A stretch of DNA of 64,000 bases from an uncultured Gemmataceae bacterium (GCA_963750165.1 CAVVPN010000011.1:1600001-1664000); one strand, 5' to 3'. Positions 1-12,300 are shown, numbered from the stretch's first letter. The notes: generated from the sequence alone by a model not told the origin. A program made the numbers and translations.

Positions 1-22
1 CCCGGAAGTAGAAGAAAACCGT

Positions 23-1239
23 TCACGACAGCAGCCAGCCGAGGATGCACGCGGCCACGCCCGCCAGGATCGGGATCAACCAGGGCACCCACTGCAAGCC
101 GGCGTCCGCCGTCTGTTCCTCGTGGACGGACGGCTCGGTCTCGGCTGGCGTCGGCTTCGACCGGGGCCTGGCGCGAACCGCTTTGGCCCGCGCGGCGCGG
201 CCGGTTGCCTGGTCAACAGACTGCGAAAGGCCTGCTCGACCTCGGCCATGCCGGCGTAGCGGTCGGATGGCACTTTCTGCATCAGCCGCTCGACAATTGC
301 CACCAACCGCGCCGGCACCTCGGGCGCGACCTCGCGGAGCAGTTCCGGCTCTTCCATCTGGTGGGCCATCATTTTGCGGACCTTGCTCACCACCGGGAAC
401 GGCACCTGGCCCGACAGGGCGTAATAGAGCACGCAGCCCAGGCTGTACTGATCGCTCAACGGCGTGCGGTCGCGCGGGTCCAGCAGGCTCTCGGGGCTGG
501 CCCAGTCCAAACCGCTGGCCAGCTGACCCAGGCTGGTCATCGTGTCCAGGGTCGAGTCTTCGCGGCTGAGCGTGAGCAGGAAACCGATGCCCAGATCCTT
601 GATGACGACCTTGTGGCCGGGCTCGATGTGCAGGTCGGCGGCCTTGAGCAGGCCGTGGCACAGCCCCGCCCGGTGGCAGGCGTCCAGGGCGTACGCCGTC
701 TGAACGGCGTAATGCACCACCTGCCTGGGCGACAGCTTGCCCTTCTCCTGAACCAGTTGTTCCAACGTCTTGCCCTTCGTTGGCTGCGGCCAGACCAGGT
801 AGGCACGCTCGTCCACCGTGTCGGCGCAGGCGATCGGCACCACCGCCGGGTGGCGGAAGTCCGAGAAGCGGCGCATCATTTGCGCCAGGCGCGGCGTGCC
901 GGCCCGGGTGCCGCGCGACAGGATCTTGATCAGGTACGGCCTGCCGTCGCTCTGGCCGCGGGCCTGGAACACCGGGCCGGCGTAGCCGGAGCCGGCGTTG
1001 TCGCGCAGCACGAACGGCGGCAGTCGCAGAATGTTCGCGGTGCCGGCCAGGATGTGCTCGGCCTGGAAGCGCGTCAGGATGTCCTGCTCCAGCGCGAAGT
1101 CGATCAACCGCTGCGGCGCGGCAGCGGGATGCTCCTGAACGAACTGGCGGCACTGCGCCAACTCGCCGGCACTCAGCAGCCGGAAACTGCGCAAACTGTC
1201 AACAAGGTCGGTGGTGCTGGCAAACGCGGAAACGGCCAT
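23..1239 (-). CDS. Ser/Thr protein kinase-like (probable pseudokinase) with C-terminal TM helix; frameshift near 165-210
   Basis: ORF 76-1239 has kinase-fold motifs (GSGYAGPV, IKIL, HGLLKAAD, DLG, SPE, SDQYSLG). The alternative frame ending at 23 gives a TM tail (WVPWLIPILAGVAACILGWLLS). Confidence 0.8.
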
Positions 1240-1632
1240 CGGTTACCTCGGGAACAGCAGGTACAGGTTCGGTCCCAGTCCGGCGCTTGGGTGCGCATGT
1301 CCTTGCGGTCCCCGTCGGGCGGAGGAGCGAAGTCCTACCCTGAGTCATCGCGGTAGTCGGGGCGGTCATTCCTTGAGCAGCGGGAGCGCCAGCAACGTGA
1401 GGCAAGTGGCTCCCCAGCCGAGGGCTAACCCAATCCACCCTTCAATGGTCATTCACCGTAGTGTAGGTCACAAACGCCGCGGGTGCTGGAGCAGGATAGG
1501 AAAAGTGAGCAGACCTTGCGGTCCCCTTCCAGAGCGCCAGGCTCGGAACGCCTGGTCAAGGGGTTGCATGTCCGCCTGCCCTCCGGCGATAATCCACCTG
1601 AATGAACCGGGTGGACAATGTGGGAGGGGTCG

Positions 1633-3924
1633 ATGCACGTGATGCTATTCTCGTGCCTGGTGCTGCTGGCGCCGGCGCAGGACAAGAAAACCGATGACCC
1701 GGTCGTGAACGGCAAGACCGTCGCGCAGTGGATCGCCGAGTTGAAGAACGCCGACGAGAAGCGGCGCGTGACGGCGGTCAGCGCCCTCGGTCGCTTCGGG
1801 CCCGACGCCAAGGCGGCCCTGCCCGCGCTGTGCGACCGGCTCAAGGACACCTCCGCGCGCGTGCGCCTGGCAGCGGTCAACGCCCTGGCCGAGGTCGCCA
1901 CGCCCGCCGACGCCAAGGTAGTGCTGCCGGCCCTGGCCGGGGCGTTCAAGGACGCAAAGGTCGGTGTGCTGGCTGCCGTCCTGCACTACCGGCTGCATCC
2001 CAAAGGTAAGGAAGGGCTTGCGGAACTGGACCGGCTGTTGCAGGACAAGAAAGCCAGCGTTCGCCTGGAAGCTGTGGGCGGCCTGGCCCTCACCGGGCTG
2101 ACCGACCTGGCGACGATGGATCGGATGCTCCGCGCCACCAAGGATCCGGACGTGCGGGTGCGGGCGCGGGCGGCGGAGTCTCTGGGGCAGGTGCCGCTGA
2201 CGCGGGCGGTGGCGGTCGTGCCGGTGCTGCGCGGGTTGCTCAAGGATCCCCGCCCAGAGGTGCGCGAGGCGGCGGTAGGAGCACTGGGGCCGTTCACCCT
2301 GAGCCGCGCGGGCGCCGCGGCAGTGGCGGGTCTGCGGCAGGCACTGGCCGACCCCGAACCCCTCATCCGCCTGGCCGCGGCGCAACGCCTGCTCAACGAA
2401 TTCCCAACGCCCGCCTGGGCGGCCCTGCCCGAACTGCGGAAGCTCCTCGACGACCAATTTCCCCTCGTCCGGCTGGCGGCGGCGCAGGCCCTCTGGCAAA
2501 TCGATCTGGACCCGGCGGCGCTGCCGGTGCTGCATGCATCCCTGGCCGCCAGCAACGCGCAGGTGCGGGCGGCAGCCGTGCAGATGGTTGGCGAACTCGA
2601 CCTGGACGCCCTGTCGTTCGTGCCGCTACTGGCGAAACTGGTGGCTGGCAAGGATGAACTGATGCGGCGGGCGGCGCTGAGCACGGTCGCGGACCTGGGC
2701 AGCGTGGCCGGGGACGCGCTGCCCGCCCTGCGGCCGTTGCTCAAGAACAAGGACGCCGCCACGCGCCTTCTGGCAGTCCGGGCCGTGGCCGCCCTGGGGC
2801 CGGAGGCGGCGCCCACGCTGGAGGACGTGCGGCCGTTGCTCGAGGACAATGATTCCCGCGTGCGCGGCTATGCCCTGCTGACGCTGTGGCGCGTCACCCG
2901 CAAGGTAGCGGAGGTGCGGCCCTTCCTGACGGCTGCGATGAAGGACGACCCTGCGCTGGTCCTGACGGTTGTTGGGGAGATGGGGTCGCAGGGCAAGGAG
3001 TTCGCGCCGCTGCTGCGGCCGCTGTTGAAGCACGAGCCGGCGTCGCTGCGGCTGGCGGTGGCGGGCCTACTGTGGCGGCTGGAGAAGGACGCAGGCCCGC
3101 TGCTGGCGCAGTGCCGGGAGCTGTTTCCGAAGGACGATCTGGCGAGCAACCGGGGTCTGTTGCGCACGGCGGTCGGCCTGCTCCGCGACCTGGGGCCGCA
3201 GGCCAGGGAGGCGCTGCCGCTGCTGCGGGCCGCCGTCCGCGACGCGGACGCATCGGTGCGGCTGCGGGCGGTGTACGCGCTCGGTGCTGACCCGAAAGCG
3301 CCGGCGGCGGTGGTCGCGGACCTGATGCGCGTGGCCGAGCAGGACGAGCTTGATTTCCTCCGCGAGGAGGCCGTGGTCATGCTGGGTCGGCTGGGCAAAG
3401 GCGCCGCCGCTGCCGTGCCCTTGCTGCAGAAGGCGCTGAAGGACGAAAACGCCCGCGTACGCTGCAACGCGGCCTTCGCGTTGTGGGAGGTCACCGGCAC
3501 AGCGAAGGAGCCGCTGCCGGTGCTGCAAGGGCTGCTCCAGCATCCGGACCGGGCGGTGCGCTCCGGGGCGGTCACGGCGCTGGGCAACATGGGCACGACG
3601 GCCAAACCCGCGGCGGGGGCCCTGCGCGAACGGCTGAAGGACGAACGGTTATACATCCGCCTGGAGGCGGCGTACAGTCTGGCGCGGGTCGATGCCGGGG
3701 CGTTGCCGGCGGCGCTGAAGGTGTTGACCGACGGGCTGCGGGCCGAGGCGGCTGGCGACCGCATCCTGGCGGCGCGGCTGCTGGGCGAACTGGGCCCCGC
3801 GGCCCGGACGGCGGCGACCGCGCTGCGCAAACTGACGGAGGATGAGGTGCGCTTCGTGCGGGAGGCGGCCCGGGCGGCATTGGCGAAGGTCGAGGCCGAG
3901 ACGAAGAAGCCGCCGAAGCAATAA
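1633..3924 (+). CDS. Exported HEAT/PBS-lyase repeat protein
   Basis: Signal peptide followed by many 'D.D..VR..AA.ALG..GP.A..ALP.L' repeats; GGGAGGGG RBS precedes ATG 1633. Confidence 0.9.
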   Translation: MHVMLFSCLVLLAPAQDKKTDDPVVNGKTVAQWIAELKNADEKRRVTAVSALGRFGPDAKAALPALCDRLKDTSARVRLAAVNALAEVATPADAKVVLPALAGAFKDAKVGVLAAVLHYRLHPKGKEGLAELDRLLQDKKASVRLEAVGGLALTGLTDLATMDRMLRATKDPDVRVRARAAESLGQVPLTRAVAVVPVLRGLLKDPRPEVREAAVGALGPFTLSRAGAAAVAGLRQALADPEPLIRLAAAQRLLNEFPTPAWAALPELRKLLDDQFPLVRLAAAQALWQIDLDPAALPVLHASLAASNAQVRAAAVQMVGELDLDALSFVPLLAKLVAGKDELMRRAALSTVADLGSVAGDALPALRPLLKNKDAATRLLAVRAVAALGPEAAPTLEDVRPLLEDNDSRVRGYALLTLWRVTRKVAEVRPFLTAAMKDDPALVLTVVGEMGSQGKEFAPLLRPLLKHEPASLRLAVAGLLWRLEKDAGPLLAQCRELFPKDDLASNRGLLRTAVGLLRDLGPQAREALPLLRAAVRDADASVRLRAVYALGADPKAPAAVVADLMRVAEQDELDFLREEAVVMLGRLGKGAAAAVPLLQKALKDENARVRCNAAFALWEVTGTAKEPLPVLQGLLQHPDRAVRSGAVTALGNMGTTAKPAAGALRERLKDERLYIRLEAAYSLARVDAGALPAALKVLTDGLRAEAAGDRILAARLLGELGPAARTAATALRKLTEDEVRFVREAARAALAKVEAETKKPPKQ

Positions 3925-3942
3925 CAAGTCCTGACGGAACGA

Positions 3943-4010
3943 GGCGCGCGGCGCGGCGCCAGCCCGCCGGTCCAGCCCAGCACCGGCGGGCTGACGCCGC
4001 GGCGCTCGCC
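3943..4010. repeat. Intergenic imperfect palindrome (REP-like / bidirectional terminator)
   Basis: cgcggcgccagcccgccggt...accggcgggctgacgccgcgg between convergent genes. Confidence 0.6.
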
Positions 4011-4066
4011 AAACGCCTCCTTCCGCCACCATTCCTGACGACCGGAGCTTGCCAGAATCATTCCCG

Positions 4067-5825
4067 CTACCGTGGCGGGCACGGCCCCAGCTGATCCAGC
4101 GCCGGGATCGGTGCCACTGGAAACTCCTCGCCCGAGGCGAACAGGTCCGGCGTCTGCAACAGGTTGGCGATGTCCGTTGCCGCTTGCCACTGGTCGCGCA
4201 GCACGCCCAGGTACGTCTGCACCGCCGTCACCAGCGTCTGCTCCGTCGTCACCAGATCGTTGTAGTTGATGTTCGCCCTGGCCAGGTCCGCCTCACCGGA
4301 GGCGAGGTAAACCTGGCCCAAACCGCGGAACGCCAGCACCTGATTCGGCAGCACATCGTCGCGGTACAGCGCCAGCAACCGGAGGTTGTTGTTGTAGCGC
4401 TCGAAGGCGTTCGCCAGCTGGATGGCCAGGTCGTTGCGCACCCGCTGCTCCTCCTGGTACGCCCGGGCCAGCTGCCTGCGCCTGCAGGATGTTGCCCTGG
4501 TTGCGATCCCAGATGGGCAGGGGGCCACCCACCACGACGCTCGTAATGGCGTGGTACGGCGGCGTCGTGAAGTCCTTTTGCACCAGGACGCGCACATCCA
4601 CGTCCGGGATCGGCTGCACCTGCGCCAGCTGCAAGCTCTTCTGCGCCTGCAGGACCAGCAGGCGCGCGTTGAGGATGTCCGAGTGCTGGGCGAACACCCG
4701 GGCCAGCACTTCCTCGTAACGGAACACCGGCACCGGCCGGTCAATCTGGCCGGCGACCTGCGACAGCGGCATCGTCGGCTGGCTGAGCGCCGCGGCCAGC
4801 TGCTGCCAGGCCGCGATGTGACGGTTCTGTGCCTGGATCACCAGCCCGCGCGTCTGCAGCGCCACCACGCGCAACTGCATCGTTTGATAGGGCGGCGTGA
4901 TCCCGGTCAGCGTCATTTGCAGCAGCACGTTGAACAGGTTGTCCGTCAGCCGCGCCACGCCGTTGGCCACCTGCACATTCTCCCGCGCCCACAGGTAACT
5001 GAAGTAATACTGCCGCACCTGCTTTTGTACTTCCGCCTGGGCCTTGCGCAGGCTCTGCTCCTTCATGCGGATGTCGAAGAACGCCGCCTCCTGCGCCAGC
5101 CGCAGCTTGCCCATCGTCTTGATAACCTGGGAAATGTAAGCGCCCTGGATGCCGGCCGAGGCGTTCTGGTTGGCGGCGTCGCCCTCGTAGGCGAAGGTCA
5201 GGTTGGGAGGCAGGCCGACCTGGAGGGCTTTGCCACGGGCGCTCTCGATGTCCGCGACCGCCAGCCGCAGCAGCGGACTTTTCTCCGCGGCGATTTTTTG
5301 CAGGTCGGCCAGGGTGAGCGGTCGGCCGTCCGGCCCGGGCACGCCGAGGGCGACGGGCATTAGCGGCGGCAGTGGCGGGAAGAATTTCTTGAGGGCCGCC
5401 ACGCGCTCCGGCCCTGCGGGGGGCAGTTTGAGGTCGGGCGTCGCGGCCCCGGGGAGCACCGGCGGCATGATTAAATACTTTTCGATCTGCGACACCTTCT
5501 TCGGCTGCGGCCCCTCCGGTATCGGCTGCAGCGCCGCGGCTGGCACCACACCGCCGGCGTCGGTCGCGGCCGCCGGCGTGATCTCCGCGGCATCAACCGG
5601 AGCAGCCGCCTTGCCGGCGTCGGCGGCCAGGTCCGGCGTGGCCGGCTTCGTCAGGTAGGTCGCGTTCGGCGGCAGCTGGAAGCGGCCGGCGTCAATGTCG
5701 ATGTCCCTGGAACTGCGAATGTCCAGCGGCCGGCTCAGTTCCTCCGCCATCGGTGAGCAGCAGCCGCTGAGCAACAGCAACCCGAACACGCCGAGCAACC
5801 GTGAGCAGCGAGTGCGCAGGGACAT
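4067..5825 (-). CDS. TolC/OEP family outer-membrane efflux lipoprotein; frameshift near 4475
   Basis: Lipobox LLLSGC; LTLADLQKIA..SPLL; P.WDRNQGNILQAQ continues in ORF 4067-4744 as QLARAYQEE. Confidence 0.8.
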
Positions 5826-6041
5826 ATGGCCGCCTTTCGTCCAGCACCGATGGTCTGCGGGCCGTCTGGCGCATGGCATCTTTGTTATCGGCAGAACCGG
5901 CACAGGCGGTACAGTTTTCCTGCGCGGGCGGCTCTCTTTTGAGAGTGGACGATTTTCGCTATAGTGCCGAAGCGGGCGACGTGCGCCGGCGGCGCAGCTT
6001 GAGGCCTTTTCTGCCGCTTGCGGCAAACCAGACGAGCGGCC

Positions 6042-7547
6042 ATGAAGCGATACCATCCCACCCCTGACGAGTTCGCGGCGCTGGCCCAGCAGCACAGCCT
6101 GGTGCCGGTCTACCGCCAGTTGACCGGCGACACGCTGACGCCCGTCAGCGCCTTCTGCAAGATCCAGGAGGGCGACTGGGCGTTCCTGTTCGAGAGCGTC
6201 GTCGGCGGCGAACGCCACGGCCGCTACAGTTTCCTCGGCGCCGGGCCGTTCCTGCGCTTCCAGGCGTATGGCCCGCGCGTCCGCCTGGAACGGCCGCGGC
6301 CCGACCGCCCCGGCGTCGCGGTCGAGGAGTTCGATCACCCCGACCCGTTGCGCTTCCTCGAAGAACAGCTGGCCGCCCTGCGCACCCCGAACCTGCCTGG
6401 GTTGCCGCGCTTCTCCGGCGGCGCCGTCGGCTACGCCGCCTATGACGCCGTGCGCTACGTCGAGCGTCTGCCGCACGCGCCGCCGGACGACCGCCACCTG
6501 CCGGACCTGTGCTTCGCCTTCTACGACCGCATGGTCATCTTCGACCACATCAACAAGACCATCGCCGCGGTAGCGCACGCCCACATCGATCCGCGCGACC
6601 CACACGCCAGCTACCGCGACGCCTGCCAGCGCGTTGATCGGCTCGTGGAGCGGTTGCAGCAGGGCGTCGCCGATCTGCAACTGACGGACATCGAATGGGT
6701 GGGCGAGCCGACGCTGCCTTACGAGTCGAATTTCGGGCCGGGCCAGTTCGAGGCGGCGGTGGAGAAGTGCAAGGAGTACATCCGGGCCGGCGACATTTTT
6801 CAGGTGGTGCTCAGTCAGCGACTGGTGGCGGAGACCTCGGCGCGGCCGTTCGACGTGTATCGGACACTGCGGGTGGTGAACCCGAGCCCGTTTATGTTCT
6901 ACCTGAAGGCGGGGCCGCTGTGCCTGGTCGGGGCGTCGCCGGAGATCATGGTGCGCGTCGAGGGGGACCGCGTGACGCTGCGACCGCTGGCGGGGACGCG
7001 GCCGCGCGGCCGGACAGAGGAGGAAGACGACCGCCTCGCCGCCGAACTGCTGGCCGACCCGAAGGAGCGCGCCGAGCACATCATGCTGGTGGACCTGGGC
7101 CGCAACGATATGGGCCGCGTGGCCCGTTTCGGCACGGTGCAACTGAGCGACGTGATGAGCGTGGAGCGCTACAGCCACGTGATGCACCTGTGCAGCAACG
7201 TGACGGGCCGGCTGCAACCGGGCAAGACGGCCTTTGACGCCCTGCGCGCGGGGCTGCCGGCGGGCACGCTGAGCGGGGCGCCGAAGGTGCGGGCGATGGA
7301 GATCATTGACGAACTGGAGCCGCACCGGCGTGGACCGTACGGCGGAGCAGTCGGCTACATTGATTACAGCGGCAACATGGACACGTGCATCGCCCTGCGG
7401 ACGCTGGTGTTGCACGGCCAGAAGGTGTACTTGCAGGCGGGCGCCGGCATCGTCGCCGACAGCGATCCGGCGGCGGAGCGAGAGGAGACGTTGAGCAAGG
7501 CCAAGGGGCTGCTGCGGGCGCTGGAGATCGCCGAGACACAGCTGTGA
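6042..7547 (+). CDS. trpE: Anthranilate synthase component I
   Basis: FLFESV, GDIFQVVLSQR, NPSPFMFY, GASPE, EHIMLVDLGRND, PAGTLSGAPKVRAM, QAGAGIVADS. Confidence 0.95.
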   Translation: MKRYHPTPDEFAALAQQHSLVPVYRQLTGDTLTPVSAFCKIQEGDWAFLFESVVGGERHGRYSFLGAGPFLRFQAYGPRVRLERPRPDRPGVAVEEFDHPDPLRFLEEQLAALRTPNLPGLPRFSGGAVGYAAYDAVRYVERLPHAPPDDRHLPDLCFAFYDRMVIFDHINKTIAAVAHAHIDPRDPHASYRDACQRVDRLVERLQQGVADLQLTDIEWVGEPTLPYESNFGPGQFEAAVEKCKEYIRAGDIFQVVLSQRLVAETSARPFDVYRTLRVVNPSPFMFYLKAGPLCLVGASPEIMVRVEGDRVTLRPLAGTRPRGRTEEEDDRLAAELLADPKERAEHIMLVDLGRNDMGRVARFGTVQLSDVMSVERYSHVMHLCSNVTGRLQPGKTAFDALRAGLPAGTLSGAPKVRAMEIIDELEPHRRGPYGGAVGYIDYSGNMDTCIALRTLVLHGQKVYLQAGAGIVADSDPAAEREETLSKAKGLLRALEIAETQL

Positions 7548-7548
7548 G

Positions 7549-7621
7549 GATGAAGGGGTGAAGGGGGTGAAAGACGGTCTTCTTTCACCCCCTCACCCCT
7601 TCACCCACTCACCCCCTCACT
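7549..7621. repeat. GGGGTGA/TCACCCC tandem-unit inverted repeat
   Basis: tgaaggggtgaagggggtgaaag...ctttcaccccctcaccccttcacccactcacccc; related element at 17665-17725. Confidence 0.7.
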
Positions 7622-7622
7622 C

Positions 7623-8498
7623 CTACTCCAGCCAGTCCGACGGCGTAGCGGTGGTGCTCTTGGGGTTGGTGACGATCATCCAGGTGGCGGGCGAGACGCC
7701 GGAACTGACGGTGCGGACGCTACGGTCGCCCATGCAGACCACGGCGCCAGTGGCGTTGAACGCCTGCGAGTAGGTCAGGGTGCAGGTGGTCGAGTTGCTG
7801 GGCTGGTACGCCGGGCCGGTGTAGGCCGTGCCGCCGGTGAAGAGGGTGAACGCCGTGGCGAAGTTCGCCGCGGCGCCGGTCCCGTCCGACCACCGCACCA
7901 GGGTCGCGGGACAGGTGCCCCAGCGGCTGGCGAACGTGATGACGTTGGAGGTGCCGGCCGGGTAGAACGACCTGGGGAGGCTGAACGGCAGCGCTGCGGC
8001 CGAGTTCACGCTGACCACGGTGCTGATCGCCGTGGGTCCGCCCGCGGCGTTACTCACCGGGCTCGTGCCGAAGATCAGACTGTTGCCGGCGAAGTTGGTG
8101 ACCGGGTTGCCGGTCGTGGTCGTAGTATCCAGCGGTGACAGGTAGGCCGGGACGACGTTGCCGTAGCCGGCCGAGCCCTGGTTGTAGGTAGTCTCCTGCT
8201 CGACGTACGGCAGCATCTGGAAGAAGATGCTGCGGGTGAGCGTTTCGGTCGTGCCGGCCGTGGTGGTGATGGTGATGCTCTTGGCGTGCTGCGGGATGCG
8301 CGTGTTGTAGGTGCTGGCGAAGTTGTGCATCGCCGTGCCGGTCTGGGCCAGGTTGTTGGTGGTCGTCGTCAGGGCGGCGGCCTCGCGGACCTTCTGGACA
8401 GCGGGCAGAAGCAACCCAATCAAGATGGCGATGATCGCAATCACCACCAGCAGTTCGATCAGCGTGAAGCCAATCCGTTTCGGACTGCGCAGCGTCAT
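7623..8498 (-). CDS. DUF1559 (prepilin N-terminal methylation) protein
   Basis: [32 protein letters not shown]; degenerate C-terminal H-X9-DG-like motif. Confidence 0.9.
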   Translation of the reverse strand: MTLRSPKRIGFTLIELLVVIAIIAILIGLLLPAVQKVREAAALTTTTNNLAQTGTAMHNFASTYNTRIPQHAKSITITTTAGTTETLTRSIFFQMLPYVEQETTYNQGSAGYGNVVPAYLSPLDTTTTTGNPVTNFAGNSLIFGTSPVSNAAGGPTAISTVVSVNSAAALPFSLPRSFYPAGTSNVITFASRWGTCPATLVRWSDGTGAAANFATAFTLFTGGTAYTGPAYQPSNSTTCTLTYSQAFNATGAVVCMGDRSVRTVSSGVSPATWMIVTNPKSTTATPSDWLE

Positions 8499-8700
8499 GG
8501 TAACCCCCCTTGAGTGAGAAAGCGAAAAGCGGACGAATGACGCGATACTATACCGCGACATCGTGGTAAGGATTAACAACCGGGTAGCCGGGCGGCCTGC
8601 GACCCACACAATTTGGGAGAGTGATATGAGATTACGGCGTAGGCAGCGGTCCCGTCAACTGAAAAAACAATTAAAATATCGGACGGGTCAAGTCACTCCT

Positions 8701-8750
8701 GTGAGGTCCGCAACGTCTCGAATTCCAGTGAGATCCGCAACGTCTCGAAT
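8701..8750. repeat. Two 23-bp direct repeats (27-bp period) in a divergent promoter region
   Basis: gtgaggtccgcaacgtctcgaat / gtgagatccgcaacgtctcgaat. Confidence 0.8.
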
Positions 8751-8808
8751 GGCGGCCGGGGTGTGCCTTCCGTATACTGGCGCACGAGGTTTTAATCAGG
8801 AGATAACC

Positions 8809-9165
8809 ATGCCAACGACTGACCCCGGCTACCTGATCCGCCGCCTGCAGGACGCCCCGACGGTGCCGTGCCCCTGCGGTCAGAGCACGCGGCCGCTGAC
8901 CCGCGCCGACACGCCGGTCTGCAACCTGCACGTCACCAGCATCACCGATTCGCAGCGCCACTACCACAAGGAATGCACCGAGGTGTATTACGTGCTGGAG
9001 GGCCGCGGTCACATGGAGCTGAACGGCGAGGTCGTGGATGTGGAGCCGGGCACGGTCATCTACATCGAGCCGTACACGCGGCACCGGCTCTGGAGCGCCG
9101 AGGGGGTGCGCATCGTCCTGGTCGGCATGCCGGCCCTGCGGCCGGACGACGAGTATTTCGATTGA
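8809..9165 (+). CDS. Cupin domain protein
   Basis: HYHKECTEVYYVLEG...IEPYTRH cupin motif; CPCG; AGGAG RBS. Confidence 0.85.
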   Translation: MPTTDPGYLIRRLQDAPTVPCPCGQSTRPLTRADTPVCNLHVTSITDSQRHYHKECTEVYYVLEGRGHMELNGEVVDVEPGTVIYIEPYTRHRLWSAEGVRIVLVGMPALRPDDEYFD

Positions 9166-9338
9166 CCGGGCACCGGAGGCCCCCTTCCCCGTGCCGGAAA
9201 CCTATCGCTGGCTCTGGCTGTATCCCGAGGGTGGCGGTACGCTGGCTGGTGATCGCCGTCGGCTTCGGCAGGGCGGGCGACTACTTTTGGCCCCGCCTGG
9301 CCGGCCCGTAAGGTACTTCGCCCGGCGGAGGACGCCAC

Positions 9339-12300
9339 ATGAACGCGGGCAACTGGGACGTGGTCGTCGTGGGGGCAGGGGCGGCAGGACTGGCGGCGGC
9401 CATCGGCCTGGCGCGACAGGGGTTGGCCGTGGCCGTACTTGAGGCGGCCGCGTTCCCCGGCGCCGAGAACTGGTCCGGCTGCGTCTACTTCGCCGAGAAT
9501 TTGGCCGACGAGCGGCTGCTGGGCCGCGCAGGCGTCGAGGCGCTGGCGTGGGAGCGGCGGTTGGTGGAGCGCGGCTTCTTCGCCACCGACGGCCACGGTT
9601 TGCTGGGGATGACCTACCGCGACGCGGCCGCCTTCCGCCACTGCTACACCGTCCTGCGACCCGTCTACGACCACCACCTCGCCCAGGCCGCCGTCAAGCA
9701 CGGGGCGGCGCTGCTGACGGCGACGACCGCCGAGAGCCTGATCCGCGACCACGGCCGCGTCGTTGGCGTCTGCACCAACCGCGGCCCGCTGTACGCCAAT
9801 TTGATCTTTCTCGCCGAGGGCGACGCCTCGCATCTGGTGACGCGCGAGGGCTACGAGCGCTCCGCCGACCCGAAAGAGGCGCCAAAATTTTTGCAGGGCA
9901 TCAAGCAGGTGCTGGAACTGCCACCGCGGGCGGTGGAGCAGCGCTTCGGCGTCGGCCCGGAGGAGGGAATCGCTTACGAGATACTGCTGCGCAACGGCAC
10001 GCTGCGCGGCCGGCCGGTCCACCTGAACATGGGCGGCTTTTTGTATGCGAACCGGCAAAGCCTGTCGATCGGCCTGGTGCTGCCGGCGGATCATCTGGCC
10101 GAGCACTTCGACGGCGACCCGAACTTGCTGATGGAGTGGTTCGAGGGCCTGCCGGCGCTGCGGCCGTGGTTCGCGGAGGGCCGCCGCGGCGCGTTCGGGG
10201 CCAAGCTGATCCGCGGCGGCGGCGCGAAGGACGTGCCCACGCTGATCGACGACGGCCTGGCCATCGGCGGCGCCGCCAGCGCCATCGGCATTGACTTCCC
10301 GTACCCGAACTTCACCGGCCCGGCGACGGCGATGGGCCTGCTGCTCGCCGAGGCCGTCCGCACGATTCGCGACGCGGGCGGCAGCTTCAGCCGCGAGGAA
10401 CTGCGCCGCCATTACCTGACGCCGCTGCAACAGACGCACTACTGGCGCGACGTGGAGTTCCTGCGGCGCTGGCCGGCTTATGTCAAGAAGACGCAGGTGT
10501 TTTTCGGCCGCAATATCGACCTGTCGCTGGGCAGCGCCTACGTCTGGACGCGCTCGGACCGTGGCACGCTGCAACGCTGGGCGGATTGGCTGCGCCTGGT
10601 GCGCGGCGCGGCAGACCCGGAGATGCAGCGCGACGCGGCCGAGTTGCAGCAGGCGCTGAACGTGCGCGACGTGGTGCGGCGGCCGCCGTGGCTGCGGTTG
10701 CTGCTGGATGGGACGCTGAACGCCTTTCGTGACGTGCTGGGCCGGCCGCGCGACGTGCCGCAGGCGGGCGACGTGCAGCTGCACTACAGCGTCGGCGGAG
10801 GTGCGGAGCCGGGCGGACTGCCGCCGGCGGCGCTGCGCGGCTGGTTCGCGCGCTTCGCCCCGGCGCTGGCGGCCGCGGCGCGGGTCGTTTACGCGAACGA
10901 TGACACCCCCCTGTCACAGAAACTGCCGCGGGCGGTCGAGCTGCTGACGCGGCAGGTGAGCCTTATCGACCTTTTCCAGCTAATGGGGTTCGGTCTGCCG
11001 GGGGCATTCATGGCCGCCCTGGAGCGTTGGCGGGGCCGGGGCGCTGCTACCGACGGGCCGCACGCTGACTACGCGCTAGCCGCCGCGAAAGCGAGCGACC
11101 TGACGCCGGCGCTGGGGCCGGCCGCCCAGCACTGGGAGGCGCGGCTGGCGCAGCTGGGCTACGACACGGCGCGGCAGTCGCACATCCACGTGCTGTGGCC
11201 GCAGGCGCTGGAGAACACCCAGGACGTGACGCGTGCCGGCCTGTGGCACGTCTGCCCGGCGCACGTCTATGAGGCGCGCGTCAGTCCGACCGGCCAGCTG
11301 CAAATCGTCGTCAACTTCGAGAACTGCATCAAGTGCGAGACGTGCTGGCGGACCAGTGACATCGTCGATTGGGGCCGTGACGGCAAGCAGCGTTTCGTCT
11401 ACGCGGTGCGGACGCCGGTGGTGCGCCAGGTGATCGCCGCCCAGGACGAGGCGGGGTTGGCCGTCGCCCACGCGCCGCGCGCCGGCGACCGCTGGGAGCA
11501 GGAAATCGCGGCCCTGGCGGAGCAACCCGAGGCGAAAGCGGGCGCGTCGGTGCGCGCCGAGCAGGTCGCGCTGGCCGAGGCGGCGGAACTGGTGGAGCGG
11601 TTGGAGCGCAAATTGATTGACTTCGACGAGGCGCTGGCGCGAGAGCCGCGCATCATCGACCGCGCCCGCACCGAGTACCTGGTGCTGCTCGCCAACCACG
11701 CTCAGCAGCAGGCGGCCCGGTTGGTCGCGGTCGTGGAGGGCTGCAAGCTGGGCACCGCGGTGCGCGAGCGGCTGCTGGACCTGGCACGCGGGACGCTGAT
11801 CCGGGCCGAGCGGCGCACGCGTGAGGCGGCGCGGCAGCGCTTTGCCTGGGCCGCCGCGGACGGCCGGCAGCTGCGGCAGCATCACTTGATGGGACTGCGG
11901 CGTTACCTGGAATGGTTGCGGCAGGGTCACGCGGCGGACGCGGCGGATGACCCGCTGCAACCGTGGCTGGCCGCCGAGGCGAACGCGGATCGAGCCGGGC
12001 AACTCGCGGAGTTGCGGCGGCGCCTGGACGCGGTGTTTCCCGCCGGCGTCTGGCGCGACCTGGAGCAGCAGAAGCCGTTGACCGACGAACAGGACGCGCT
12101 ACTGCGGCAGTTGCTGGCCGAAGTGCCGGCCCCGGAGTCGAGTGATCCGATGGCGCGGCACCTGTTGCTCGCGGAACTCGGCTGCCGGAACCCGTCCCTG
12201 GCGTACCGGGTAGCCTCCCATTTGTGGGCGCGTGACCTGGCGCTGTTGCTAGGCGGGCCGGCGCTGGCGGCGGCGGCCGACCGCTGGGCGCGCGGCGAGG

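Noticed and set aside
9162..9311. Short possible ORF between the cupin gene and the fusion gene
   Set aside because: Protein-like segments are split over two frames with no clear start; cannot be supported.
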